Assembly (NCBI RefSeq): GCF_006345805.1
Contig: NW_021836513.1
Span: 1 to 24,009, forward strand
Reading direction: 5' to 3'
From: Octopus sinensis
Taxonomy: Eukaryota
Length of the DNA: 24,009 nt
The notes beneath the pieces were generated by a model. It saw only the letters and a program-made list of their open reading frames with translations. It was not told the DNA's origin and did no database searches. A program made the translations under genes and the position numbers. This document shows positions 1 to 11,280 of the stretch, in pieces. Positions within the stretch are counted from its first letter, which is position 1. Every line of letters begins with the position of its first letter.

Positions 1-135
1 CCAAATCCACTCACAAGGCTTTTGGTTGGCCAAGGCTATAGTTGTAGATACTTGCCCAGGTCCTCGCAGTGGGACTGAACCCAGAGCTATGTGGTTGGTA
101 AGCAAGCTACTTACCACACAGCCACTCCTGTGCCT
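1..135 (-). mobile_element. tRNA-derived SINE, working family A (head part, cut by window edge)
   Basis: The reverse complement reads GTGGCTGTGTGGTAAGTAGCTTGCTTACCAACCAC...GGTTCAGTCCCACTGCG...CCTGGGCAAGTATCT...CCAAAAGCCTTGTGAGTGGATTTGG. The same sequence recurs at 3979, 4865, 5029, 9505 and 22718. A-box and B-box-like motifs are present. Confidence 0.85.
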
Positions 136-136
136 A

Positions 137-171
<35 letters not shown>

Positions 172-172
<1 letters not shown>

Positions 173-217
173 CAGTTCACTGCTTGGAATCGAACTTGCA
201 ATCTTGGGGTTAGTAGC
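172..217 (-). mobile_element. short repeat fragment with a tRNA-like B-box next to an (ATT)n tract
   Basis: The minus strand reads GCTACTAACCCCAAGATTGCAAGTTCGATTCCAAGCAGTGAACTGA and runs into (TAA)n at 137-172. Single copy in this window. Confidence 0.4.
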
Positions 218-423
218 AAACAAGATGAGGACAAATATCCATCAAATGTAAATAATGTACATAATTCCTCATCTCTAAAATATAGAACTGCATTTGTTCC
301 AATTGTTTTCAAATTTGGCAAATGGATTAAGTTTTTATCTACTAATTACGAAAATGGATATCATTTTTTCTCTAAATTTATAATTAAAAAATATTTAGAC
401 TATAAAATTTGCAAAATTTGGGT

Positions 424-680
424 ATTTTAGCCAATCAGAAGTGAGTATTTTACACATCACCATGAAGTTCTGTTACCATAGTGAGCAAAGAACTCTATTT
501 CCATGGTAACGAAGGAGCGTAATCACCACATGTTCCATAATTGTTTTCATAACAGTAGGAATTCGATCTGAGAAGATATAGAGATTTTGACATGCCAGCG
601 CTTCCCACTCTCCGTTTCTCACTTCTGTGACAAATAATGGAAGAGGCAGCGAACCTGCTGTTTTCTGATTGGCTGAAAAT
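424..680. repeat. nested inverted repeats with CCAAT and RFX-like motifs (MITE-like remnant or regulatory element)
   Basis: ATTTTAGCCAATCAGAA (424-440) is inverted against TTCTGATTGGCTGAAAAT (663-680) with one indel. An inner pair, GTTACCATAG (472-481) / CCATGGTAAC (501-510), has one mismatch. Confidence 0.45.
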
Positions 681-785
681 TCTGAAGATCATCAGACTTT
701 GAACACTTGGAACATTTGCGCAAATTTTTTCTGGAATAAATGAATAACAATTTCGGATTCAGCGTCACAAATGACATTCTTTTAT

Positions 786-845
786 TCTTTTACTTGCTTC
801 AGTCATTTGACCGTGGTCATGCTGGAGCACCGCCTTTAATCGAAC
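786..845 (-). mobile_element. SINE family A 3' tail fragment
   Basis: The reverse complement matches the tail AAAGGCGGTGCTCCAGCATG.CC.C.GTCAAATGACTGAA.CAAGTAAAAGA seen at 3898-3942 and 5315-5359. Confidence 0.75.
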
Positions 846-945
846 CAGATGGCTGCACTAGGCTCCAATCCAATCTGGCAAGGTTTCTACAGCTGGATGC
901 CTTTCCAAATGCCAACCACTCCGAAAGTGTAATGGGTACTTTTTA
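846..945 (-). mobile_element. retroposon (SINE-like), working family D, internal fragment
   Basis: Near-identical to 6447-6550 and 6985-7082 (GGCTGCAC.AGGCTCCAATC..ATCTGGCAAGGTTTCTACAGCTGGATGCC.TTCC.AA.GCCAACCACTCCGA.AGTGTA.TGGGT). Confidence 0.75.
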
Positions 946-970
946 TATTATCAAATATATATATATATAT

Positions 971-1277
971 GTGGAGGCGCAATGGCCCAGTGGTTAGGGC
1001 AGCGGACTCACAGTCGTAGGATCGCGGTTTCGATTCCCAGACTGGGCGTTGTGAGTGTTTATTGAGCGAAAACACCTGAAGCTCCACGAGGCTCTGGCAG
1101 GGGGTGGTGATCCCTGCTGTACTCTTTCGCCACAACTTTCTCTCACTCTTTCTTCTGTTGGGCCTGCTCGCTTAGCCATCGGGGTGGCGTCATTTGAAGG
1201 CTAAAACAATGCGAAGCGCATTGTGACCAGTGATGTGTAGCAACATCTGATAGCCTGGTCGGTCACGGTGACGGTGA
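971..1277 (+). mobile_element. apparently full-length tRNA-derived SINE, working family C
   Basis: A-box TGGCCCAGTGG at 983-993 and B-box GGTTTCGATTCC at 1026-1037. The 3' end is (ACGGTG)2 and both flanks are (TA)n. Segment 1059-1150 is shared in antisense with 14660-14756. Confidence 0.85.
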
Positions 1278-1289
1278 TATATATATATA

Positions 1290-1428
1290 CACGATGGGCT
1301 TCCACTCAGTTTCTACCTACCTGGTCAGTCTGGAGCTGACCAATACCTTGTGCATATGTGACCAGTGGTTATAGCAGAAGAAAGATACTTGCCCAAGGTT
1401 TCATGCTGTTGCACTGAATCCCAAACCT
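1290..1428 (-). mobile_element. degraded SINE family A
   Basis: GATGGGCTT..CAGTTTCTACCTAC...TATAGCAGAAG..ATACTTGCCCAAGG...ACTGAA.CCC resembles the other minus-strand family A copies, with indels. Confidence 0.6.
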
Positions 1429-1821
1429 CACCGATCTTGTGTTGTTTTTCGGTGGTGGGCATCACCAATATATTGATGAATGGTACTCCAAGCACACCCC
1501 ACTTAACCTGTGAGTGGTGGTGGCCACCAATATATATATATATATATATTTATAACACTTCAATAATTTCTTCTTGGAAAGCAACTTTGCCAAGAGAAAA
1601 ATTGGGCAATTTTTTAAATTTGTTTCGTTGTTGTTGTTGTTATTATTGCTATTGTTGTCATTGCTGTTTTTGTTGTTGTTGTTGTTGTTGTTGCTATTAT
1701 TATTTCGGAAGAGAATAGCCCCCACCCCACCCCACCCCACCCCACAAAAACCAAATAACATTTTGGCTTCCTTTTCCTTTGGTTTATATTCTATTACTGA
1801 AATATGAAAGAAAAACTGTTT

Positions 1822-1838
1822 TTATTGCTATTATTATT

Positions 1839-1870
<32 letters not shown>

Positions 1871-1890
1871 TATTATTATTATTATTATCA

Positions 1891-1927
<37 letters not shown>

Positions 1928-2024
1928 TATTATCATTATATTATTATATTATTATTATTATTTATATTAATTAATTTATTATTATTATTATATTATTATT
2001 TTATTATTATTAATATTATTATTA

Positions 2025-2056
<32 letters not shown>

Positions 2057-2069
2057 TATTATTAATTTA

Positions 2070-2118
<49 letters not shown>

Positions 2119-2155
2119 TTCATATTATATCATTATTATTATATTATTATTATTA

Positions 2156-2190
<35 letters not shown>

Positions 2191-2268
2191 TTATTATTAT
2201 TATTATCAATTTATTATTGTTAGTATTATGGATTATTATTATTGTTGTTATTGTCGTTGTTGTTATTG
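1822..2268. repeat. imperfect (ATT)n/(ATC)n microsatellite
   Basis: Direct reading. Confidence 0.95.
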
Positions 2269-2303
2269 TAAGGCAATGTTCTTACTTTATTCATTATTGG
2301 ATA

Positions 2304-2305
<2 letters not shown>

Positions 2306-2341
<36 letters not shown>

Positions 2342-2427
2342 TGTCTGTCTGTCTTTGGCAAACCGATGAAGTAAAAAAACAATATCGAAATATAGCAGAA
2401 TACACACACACACACATTAACATCATC

Positions 2428-2461
<34 letters not shown>

Positions 2462-2572
2462 CACACATACACACACATATATGGATGCGTGTATGCATGT
2501 GTGTGCGTATATGTAATATATATGTGTGCGGTGTGAGTATACATGTGTTTGAGTATATATAAATATATATAT

Positions 2573-2648
<76 letters not shown>

Positions 2649-3030
2649 CTAGATAGATACATAAACAGATAGATATAGATAGTTTCCTACATACATACAT
2701 AGATACGTATGTGTATGTCTGTATGTGTGTATGTATGTATATATATATATATGTGTGTGTGTGCATGTTTATATATATATGTGTGTGTATGTATATGTAA
2801 ATATATGCATCTATATATTTATATAAATGTACGTTGTATGTATAATATATAGATATATATATATATATATGTATGTATGCATAATGATATATGTGTGTGT
2901 ATGTGTATGTATACGTGTGAGTTTGAATACATTCCTGCACATATATATATATATATATACATGCATGGACATGGCTGCATATGTGTATATGCATCCCATG
3001 TGTTGCAAAGAGAGAGAGAGAGAGAGAGAG
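2306..3030. repeat. compound (GT)n/(CAT)n/(TA)n/(TATG)n/(GA)n microsatellite field
   Basis: Direct reading. Confidence 0.95.
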
Positions 3031-3111
3031 GAACAATACTGCCAGCTCCGTTAAATCTATTGACATCTGGCACAACTTCTTTGCTTGAAGTACACATCAA
3101 TCTGCTGCACT

Positions 3112-3465
3112 CATCATCATTGTCATCATCATCGTCATCACCATCACCATCACCACCATCATCATCATCTTCATCATAACCATCACTACCACCACCACCA
3201 TCACCATCATCATCATCATCATAACCATCACCACCACCACCATCACCACCATCATCGTCACCACCACCACCACCATCACCACCACCACCATCATCACCAC
3301 CATCACCATCATCATCACCACCACCACCACCATCATCATCATCTTCATCATAACCATCACCACCACCACCATCACCATCACCACCATCATCATCATCGTC
3401 ATCACCACCACCACCATCACCATCACCACCATCATCATCTTCATCATAACCATCATCACCACCAC

Positions 3466-3509
<44 letters not shown>

Positions 3510-3570
3510 TCATCAACATCACCATCATCATCCCCCCACCACCACCACCACCATCATCATCATCATTATT
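3112..3570. repeat. (CAT/CAC)n trinucleotide array with higher-order repeats
   Basis: The marker CATCTTCATCATAACCATCA recurs at 3166, 3340 and 3436. Confidence 0.9.
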
Positions 3571-3942
3571 GTGGCAAGCTGGCAGAATCGTTAGCATGGC
3601 AGACAAAATGCTTAGTGGTATTTCGGCCACCGCTACATTCTGAGTTCAAATTGTAGTCTTGGGTCAACCAAAGCCTTGTGAGTGGATTTGGTAGACGGAA
3701 ACTGAAAGAAGCCCATCATATATATATGTGTGTGTGTGCATGTGTATATGTTTGTGTCTGTGTTTGTCACCCCACCATCACTTGACAGCCAATGTTGGTG
3801 TGTCTGCATCCCTGTAACTTAGCAGTTCAGCAAAAGAAGAAACTGATAGAATAAGCACTAAGCTTACAAAGAATAAGTCCTGGGGTCAGTTTACTCAGTG
3901 CTCCAGCATGGCCGCAGTCAAATAACTGAAACAAGTAAAAGA
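3571..3942 (+). mobile_element. chimeric SINE: family B head joined to family A body and tail
   Basis: 3571-3652 matches the head of 15699-15929 up to the B-box GAGTTCAAATT. From ~3654 it matches family A (CCAAAGCCTTGTGAGTGGATTTGGTAGACGGAAACTGAAAGAAGCCC, internal TA/TG tract, CCAGCATGGCCGCAGTC tail). Confidence 0.8.
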
Positions 3943-3978
3943 ATATATATAGATATATATATATATATATAAATATAT

Positions 3979-4135
3979 GACAGGCTTCTTTCAGTTTCCT
4001 TCTACCAAATCCACTCACAAGGCTTTGGCTGGCCTGTGGCTATAGTATAAGACACTTGTCCGAGGTGCCATGCAGTGGGACTGAACCTAGAACCATGTGG
4101 TTGGGTAGCAAGCTTCTTACCGCACAGCTATGCTT
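3979..4135 (-). mobile_element. SINE family A, 5' half
   Basis: Reverse complement of 5029-5192 and 9505-9693. Confidence 0.85.
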
Positions 4136-4440
4136 ATGCTTATACTATTAATTAAGTTTAATTAGTTATACCATCATCAAAGAGATATAAACCTTGTTTC
4201 ATTGGTTAAGAATACTTAAGATACAAGAAAGACTAAAACAAAAGCAAAAAAGAACCCCCCAAAAAAAGAAAAACAAAAGCAAGGGACATAACTCAAAATA
4301 ACACTGGTGATTATTTATTTAAAGTAGTTACTGCAACAGTGATCCAATTTAATTAAAATTAATTAAAATTTAATTAAAACTGATTAAAACAAAGGTAATA
4401 TTTCATTTTTAGACATAATTTCTGTAGAAAATTAATAAGG

Positions 4441-4495
4441 TAGCGGTGCCCCAGCATGGCCACAGTTCATGAGCTGAAACTAGATAAAATAAAAA
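4441..4495 (+). mobile_element. SINE family A-type 3' tail fragment
   Basis: GCGGTGCCCCAGCATGGCCACAG...CTGAAAC followed by an A-rich end. Inverted copies of this motif occur at 4652-4687 and 6250-6291. Confidence 0.65.
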
Positions 4496-4759
4496 AAAAA
4501 AAAAATAAAGGTATTCTTGGCCAAAACTGGAAGATAAAAATACCTGCACAGGTGACTGCTAATGTAGGTAAAGTGGCTCAGTGGTAAAAGGTGTGCATTG
4601 GGGGTTCAAATCCACCCTAAAGGCAGGTTGTTGAGGGATTGTTATTTTGCTGGTTTCAGTCATTGGACTGTGGCCATGCTGGGGCATTTCTTCCATGGTT
4701 TATATACTTACTTTTTCTTTGCTTTGTCAATTAAGGATATTGGCAAGGTGAATCTGTAA

Positions 4760-4818
4760 TGTCTTCTATTATAGCCCTGGGCCAACCAAAGCCTTATAGT
4801 TGGATATGGTAGCTGGGA

Positions 4819-4851
<33 letters not shown>

Positions 4852-5359
4852 TGTATATATATATAGGTGCAGGTGTGGCTATGTGGTAAGAAGCTTACTT
4901 CCCAACTACATGGTTCGGGTTCAGTCCACTGCATGGCACCTTGATCAAGTGTCTTCTGCTATAGCCTTGGGCCAACCAAAGCATTACGTTAGCTGGGAAT
5001 GTATGTATGTATGTATGTATGTATATATAGGTGCAGTTGTGGCTGTGTGGTAAGTAGCTTGCTTCCCAACCACATGGTCCCAGGTTCAGTTCCACTGCAT
5101 GGCACCCTGGACAAGTGTCTTCTATTATAACCTTGGGCCACCCAAAGCCTTGTGAATGGATTTGTAGATAGAAACTGAAAGAAGCCCATCATGTATATAT
5201 GTGTGTGTGTGTGTCTGTGTGGTGGTGTGTGTATGTGTGTGTATGTGATTGTCCCCACTATTAGAATAAGTACTAGGCTTGCAAAGAATGAGTCCTGGGG
5301 TTGATTTACTCGACTAAAGGTGGTGCTCCAGCATGGTCATAGTCAAATGACTGAAACAA
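4760..5359 (+). mobile_element. head-to-tail array of SINE family A segments ending in a near-complete copy
   Basis: Heads TAGGTGCAG.TGTGGCT.TGTGGTAAG at 4864 and 5028. The junction TAGCTGGGAAT+(TATG)n is identical at 4810 and 4990. The tail runs to 5359. Confidence 0.85.
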
Positions 5360-5519
5360 CCGGTGTTAGTTTGTTTATGTCCCATAAATAGATAGATAGA
5401 TATAGATAGATATACATACACACGCACATACCTCTCTCTCTCTCTCAGTGTATACATATATAAAATTAAATATTCACACACACACACAGACACACCCATA
5501 TTACTAAACTATTCTATTT

Positions 5520-5672
5520 AAATCTTTGTATATGTGTGTGTATATATGTTTATATATCTATATATACATATGTATGTATGTATGTATATATCTATATATA
5601 CATACGTATGTATGTATATATATATATATACATACATACATACGTATGTGTATATATTATAATATATAGATG

Positions 5673-5730
<58 letters not shown>

Positions 5731-5731
5731 T

Positions 5732-5765
<34 letters not shown>

Positions 5766-5835
5766 ATATATATATATACATACATACATATATATATACA
5801 TATGTGTATATATGTATGTATGTATATATATATGT
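5520..5835. repeat. (TA)n/(TATG)n microsatellite
   Basis: Direct reading. Confidence 0.95.
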
Positions 5836-6363
5836 TGTACTGTGTTAGTCAGTCCTGGTCTCACGTCTTGCAGATACCGACTTCTAAATTTATCTTGTGG
5901 CTGCAAACCGTGTTTGCTTGAATACAAAGAGGCATTGTGGGAAATATTCAACAGATAATGAAAGAATACTAATGTTGTTGTTGTTGTTGTTGGCTTTGAG
6001 GGGTGGCGGTGGAGATGAAACACCCTGTGGTATTCGTCAAAGTCATATCATGCTCTGAGTCCAATCTCCAGGCGATTCCACCTTACTCTTCCCCGTCTTT
6101 GGTGCCGAGACAGGGTGTGGAGGTCGGGATGCGAAGTCAGTCTGAAGTGTACCGGTAATTAACTGGGCTCCGATTCGATCAACTTGTTTGCTGTCGTGTT
6201 GAAATATGTGGCCTTGGGCTAAAATTGCACACAGCAATTGTCTTTCGATTGCTTCAGTTATTAGACTGTGGCCATGCTGGGGCACCACCTTGAGGGGGTT
6301 TAGCAGAACAAATCAAAGCCTGATTCTTATTTTATTCCTCGTGAAAAATTATATATATATATA

Positions 6364-6651
6364 TCATCATCATCATCATCATCATCTTTTAATGTCCGCT
6401 TTCCATGCTGACATGGGTTGGACAGTTTGATTGAGGACTAGCAAACCCGATGGCTGCACCAGGCTCCAATCCGATCTGGCAAGGTTTCTATAGCTTGATG
6501 CCCTTCCTAACACCAACTACTCTGAAAGTGTAGTGGGTGCTCTTTACATGCAACCAGCATGGGAACCAGTCAGGCGGCAGTGGCATCAACTACCCTCGGA
6601 TGGTACGTTTTATGTGCCACTAGCACTGGAGCCAGTCAGACAATACTGGCA
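6364..6651 (-). mobile_element. retroposon family D, 3' part with (GAT)n tail
   Basis: The minus strand ends ...AACCCATGTCAGCATGGAAAGCGGACATTAAAAGATGATGATG and contains GTTGGTGTTAGGAAGGGCATC. Homologous to 846-945 and 6911-7093. Confidence 0.8.
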
Positions 6652-6910
6652 TATATATCTCTTATGATAAAAGGCAGATTTTCTCTGCCTCTGACATAGT
6701 TTGTTTTTAATACAATTGTACAATATAGAATTTCTTCAACTGGAATTTACCTATGATTTTTCGAAGTAGATTCGATTGGGTCATGGCATATACATATTTT
6801 TCAATTTCATCCCCAATTAAGCAAAAATTCGAGAAAACTCAATATTTTACGATTTGCCTCTCTCATTTCAAATGCTTTACTCCTGCTATTACCACACTTT
6901 ATATATATAT

Positions 6911-7093
6911 CATCATTATCACCATCATCATCATCCTCATCTTCATTCAGCATTTGTTTTCCATGCTGGCATGGGTTAGACAGAGAGCTGCACCAGGTTC
7001 CAGTCTGATTTGGAATGGTTTCTACAGCTGGAAGCCCTTCATAATGGCCACCACTCCAAGAGTGTAATGGGTGCATTTTATGTACCACCGGCA
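6911..7093 (-). mobile_element. retroposon family D, 3' part with degenerate (GAT)n tail
   Basis: TTTCCATGCTGGCATGGGTT.GACAG...GCTGCACCAGG.TCCA aligns with 6400-6560. Confidence 0.75.
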
Positions 7094-7182
7094 TAGTGAT
7101 CAAACATTTGATCACTATGAAACAAATCTATGTAGTTGTTCTGCAAGAAAACACCGAAATCTTCATCCATCGTCTAATGAAA

Positions 7183-7267
7183 GGTGAATCGTTAACACGC
7201 TGGGCGAAATGTCTAGCAGTATTTTGTCTGCCATTACGTTCTGAGTTCAAATTTCACCAAGGTCAAC

Positions 7268-7269
<2 letters not shown>
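7183..7269 (+). mobile_element. SINE family B head fragment
   Basis: GAATCGTTAACACGCTGGGCGAAATG...TACGTTCTGAGTTCAAATT matches 15714-15797. Confidence 0.75.
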
Positions 7270-7298
<29 letters not shown>

Positions 7299-7787
7299 CA
7301 TACAAATATATACACACACACGCACACACATACGACTGGAGGTAAATACATACCTATGTGGTGAGTGCGTCTGTGTGCTTATATATATGTATATATGTGT
7401 GTGTATAAGTGTTTATGTATGTGTTTGAGTGAGTGAATCCATGTGCATACATGTATGTGTGTGCAATATGTGTGTATGCGTGTGAATATGTGTACGTTTG
7501 TGTGTGTTTGTGGGTACATACCGAGTACATGTACATGAATGCATAGTGCATATTTAGGATGTGTGTATATATATGCGTGTATATATATGCATATATATAT
7601 ATTATATATATTAAAGCATAAGAGTGTGTTAGCATATTCTTATGTGTATGTATGACAGGGAGTGTATATGAGTGTGCGCATATATTCATACTGATTACAT
7701 GTATTAATTTGAAGTGTGTGTATGTGTGTATACACACACACACATATTTATATATATATACACACACACACACACATATTTATATAT

Positions 7788-7833
<46 letters not shown>

Positions 7834-7960
7834 CTGTGATGTATGTGCGTATCTGATATGGATGGGAGTATGTTTGGGTATGTGTGTGTGTTTGTGTGTA
7901 TATGTTTGTATGTGTATGTGTGAGTGCATGTAAACTTGTGTGTGTGTGTGTGTGTGTGTG
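7270..7960. repeat. compound (TACA)/(TG)/(TA)/(CA) microsatellite field
   Basis: Direct reading. Confidence 0.9.
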
Positions 7961-8159
7961 TAGGAAGGGACGGTGTGTGGATGGACGGTAGGGGTGGATT
8001 ACCAAATTAGAAAACTTGTCTAAATACAGCTCTTGTTTATCAGGGTAGAAAATATGGTTGCCAAAAATGGAACAAAGAACAACAACAAAAATAAAGGAGG
8101 AAAAAGAAAAAGAAAAAAGAACATATGTAAAGCAAAAAGTAAACAACTTTCTAACAAAA

Positions 8160-8620
8160 ACATCATCATCATCAGCAGCAATATCAACAACAACAATCAT
8201 CGTTATCATCGTCACCACAACCTCATTCAGGAAAAACTTCATCGCCACCACCACCAGCACCACCACCACCACAATCAGCATCATTATAATCATCACCACT
8301 ACCACAGCCACCACCATCATCATCATCATCATCGTCACCATCATCACCACAACCATCGCCAGGAAGAACTTCATCGCCACCACCACCACCACCACCATCA
8401 GCATCATCATTATAATCATCACCGCTACCACAGCCACCACCATCATCATCATCATCATCGTCACCATCATCACCACAACCATCGCCAGGAAAAACTTCAT
8501 CGCCACCATCACCACCACCACCATCATCATCATCATCGCCACCACCACCATCATCATCATCACCATCATCACCACTACCACAGCCATCACCATCATCATC
8601 ATCATCATCATCATCAACGA
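8160..8620. repeat. (CAT/CAC)n array organised as three ~126-132 bp units
   Basis: CAGGAARAACTTCATCGCCACCA at 8228, 8360 and 8486. Confidence 0.9.
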
Positions 8621-8956
8621 CAACAGCAAAATTCTTCCAAATAAATCAGCTGATCGTCTGTCTGTGTGTCGTCTGCTTGTCAGGTCGTCTGCCCCAGTCA
8701 ATCACGGATCTGTTGGGTTTTTTTATTTCATTTTTTTTTTGCTTGTTGTTCTTTTGTTTTGCTTTGTTTTGTTTTGTTTTCTTTCGTAAATATTTAGAGA
8801 TTCTTTTTTCTGTTTTTTTTTTTAAAAAAAAATAATCTATTAACTCCATTTACTTGTTCCTTGTGGAATGGTTGTGGTCAAAAATGGTCTTGAAGAAGAA
8901 AAGAGGCATTGAAATGGAGAAGTTGGTTGGAGATACACGTAACACTCAGTTCCTAG

Positions 8957-9400
8957 TCTCTCTCTCTCTGTCTCTCTCTCTCTCTCCCTCTCTCCCTCTC
9001 TGTCTCTATCACTCTCTCTTCTCTCTCTCTGTGCCTCTTTCTTGATTTCTGTCTTTCTATCGCTTCATCTCTCTCTCTCTCTGCCTCTCTCTCTCTCTCT
9101 CTCTCTCTCTTACTCTGTTTCTATCGCTTCATCTCTCTCTCTCTCTCTCTCTCCTCTCTCTCCTCTCTCTCCCTCTCTTACTCTCTGTCTCTATCACTCT
9201 CTCTTCTCTCTCTGTGCCTCTTTCTTGATTTCTGTCTTTCTATCGCTTCATCTCTCTCTCTCTGTCTCACTCTTTTTTATTGTATCTCTCTCTCTCTCAC
9301 CCTCTCTCCCGTTTTCCATCTCACTTTCTCCATCACTTTCTCTCACTCTCTCTCTCTCTCTCGTAATTTCTTTCTCTGTCTTTCTCCCTCTCTTCTCCTG
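8957..9400. repeat. (CT)n-rich polypyrimidine tract with an internal ~185-bp-offset duplication
   Basis: TGTCTCTATCACTCTCTCTT...GTGCCTCTTTCTTGATTTCTGTCTTTCTATCGCTTCATC begins at both 9001 and 9186. Confidence 0.9.
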
Positions 9401-9504
9401 ACATACACGCACACACATATACCCATACACACACATACCCTTATATATATAAAGCACCCAGAAACCAATACACACACATTCAAACATATAAGCATATACA
9501 TATA

Positions 9505-9736
9505 TGTGTGGTAAGAAGCTTGCTTCCCAACCACATGGTTCCAGGTTCAGTCCCACTGCGTGGTACCTTTGGTAAGTGTCTTTTACAATAAACTCGGGCT
9601 GACCAAAGACTTGTGAGTGGATTTGGCAGTCGGAAACTAAAAGAAGTCTATCGTGAGTGGGCTTGGTAGATAGAAACTGAAAGAAGCCCGTCCTATATAT
9701 ATATATATATTATATATATATTATATATATAATATA

Positions 9737-9774
<38 letters not shown>

Positions 9775-9940
9775 TGTATTATGTATGTATGCGTGTGTCT
9801 CCCCAAAATCATTTGACAACCGATGTTGGTGTGTTTACGTCCCCGTACCATTAGTGGTTCGGCAAAAGAAATCGATAGAATAAGGCTTACAAAGAATATG
9901 TCCTGGGGTCGATTTGCTCGACTAAAGGCAGTAAAAAGAG
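9505..9940 (+). mobile_element. near-complete SINE family A with an internal 40-bp duplication and an expanded internal (TA)n
   Basis: Head TGTGTGGTAAGAAGCTTGCTTCCCAACC and B-box GGTTCAGTCCC. GTGAGTGG... repeats at 9613 and 9653. The 3' half TTGACAACCGATGTTGGTGTGTTTACGTCCCC matches 22433-22600 in antisense. Confidence 0.85.
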
Positions 9941-9977
9941 TATATATATATATATATATAGATATATATATATATGT

Positions 9978-10172
9978 GACCTCGTGTGTACTGTTGGCGT
10001 TTTTTTCCCTCTGTCTTCCCTTCTTGGATCTTTCCTCCTCCTATGTTTCCGACGAAGAGCTCGCTCGAAACGTTAAATCCTCCTCTCTTTCCCCTCCTTC
10101 CTGAGTGTCCAATAATACTATATTTGTTCCACGTCCTCGCGTTGTTGTTGTGTTTTCATGTTTGGATTAACT
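9978..10172 (+). mobile_element. short hammerhead-carrying element (Penelope-like solo pseudo-LTR) in (TA)n
   Basis: A unique ~195-bp island flanked by (TA)n. It shares GAAGAGC..GCTCGAAACGT...TTCCTGAGYG...AATAC...TTGTT with 13523-13695. Confidence 0.65.
10045..10078 (+). ncRNA. minimal type I hammerhead ribozyme motif (U4C core variant)
   Basis: GTTT-CCGACGA-A-GAG(CTCG)CTC-GAAA-CG-T-T-AAAT. Stem I is GTTT/AAAT and stem III is reduced to the palindrome ACGT. Confidence 0.6.
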
Positions 10173-10184
10173 AAATATATATAT

Positions 10185-11280
10185 ATATTTACCTAATACA
10201 CAAACGCACACATAAACATATTATTCTGATGTACACATGCACACACATTACCAGGTAGTCATGCACATACATACAATACGTGAACTCATACATACATTCA
10301 TAGACTCATACATTCCATACATATCTATTTACACATAAACTGATACACTCATATGTATGCCTACATCGGAGCTCATATAAGCGTACACACATAAAAGAAA
10401 ACACACGCGCACGCACACACACATATATATCTACACATAAGCATTATACTTAACTGCACACGGAAATGCACACATACTCACATATACATACACAAGCACA
10501 TACACACACACATTCATACACAGAGAAACTCACTCACATATACACATACTAACATATACACACACACGCACACACACATATTCACATACACACTCACCTG
10601 TATACACACAAAAACACATACACGCATACACACACATACTCACCTATATACATACACGCATACGTATTCACACACCACACGCGCACTTATACACACAAAT
10701 ACACTCACGCATACATACACACACGCACATACACACTCACCACACACATACACACTCACACACTCGCATACACACTCACACACATATTCACCTATAAGCA
10801 CATAAATAAACACACACACAGACACGCATACACACTCACACACACATATACACACTCACACACACGCATACACACTCACACACACTTACTCACACACACG
10901 CATACACTCACACACACACATACATACTCACACACACGCATACACACTCACAAACACGCATACACACTCACACACACACATACATACTCACACACACGCA
11001 TACACACACTCACACACACGCATATACACTCACACACACTCACTCACACACACGCAGACACACTCACGCACACATTCACCTATATGCACACAAATAAACA
11101 CACACACACACATATATACACACAAATGCACATGCATACACTGATGCACACACCTATATACACACAAACAGGCACACACTCACTCACACACGCAGACACA
11201 CTCACGTACACACTCACCTATATACACACAAACAGACTCACACACACTCGTACACACACACACATACACACACACACCAA
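10185..11280. repeat. ~1.1 kb degenerate (CA)n/(CACT)/(CATA) microsatellite
   Basis: Direct reading. Confidence 0.95.

Noticed and set aside
973-1048. tRNA gene
   Set aside because: A and B boxes are present but I could not form a convincing cloverleaf, and the sequence continues into a SINE body shared with 14660-14756.
2226-3100. YI/HT/CV-repeat ORFs here and throughout the window
   Set aside because: Dinucleotide microsatellite artefacts.
3085-3630. Poly-His and poly-Met/Val ORFs (also 7748-8789, 16287-17114, 18834-19454)
   Set aside because: They are translations of CAT/CAC/GAT microsatellites, with no splice context or recognisable domain.
4572-4617. A-box TGGCTCAGTGG plus B-box GGTTCAAATCC as a tRNA
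   Set aside because: Only 18 nt separate the boxes and there is no anticodon arm; at most a deleted SINE head.
6001-6185. Highly degraded family B SINE
   Set aside because: Only patchy similarity (TCTGAGTCCAA, AAGTGTACCGG..CTGGG..CGAT); too weak to delimit.
6652-6900. Possible Helitron-like or DNA-element end
   Set aside because: Single copy here, with no 3' hairpin/CTRR or paired terminus found; unsupported without a search.
8228-8600. CRISPR-like repeat-spacer array
   Set aside because: The context is eukaryotic, the spacers are themselves repeated microsatellite, and there are no cas genes.
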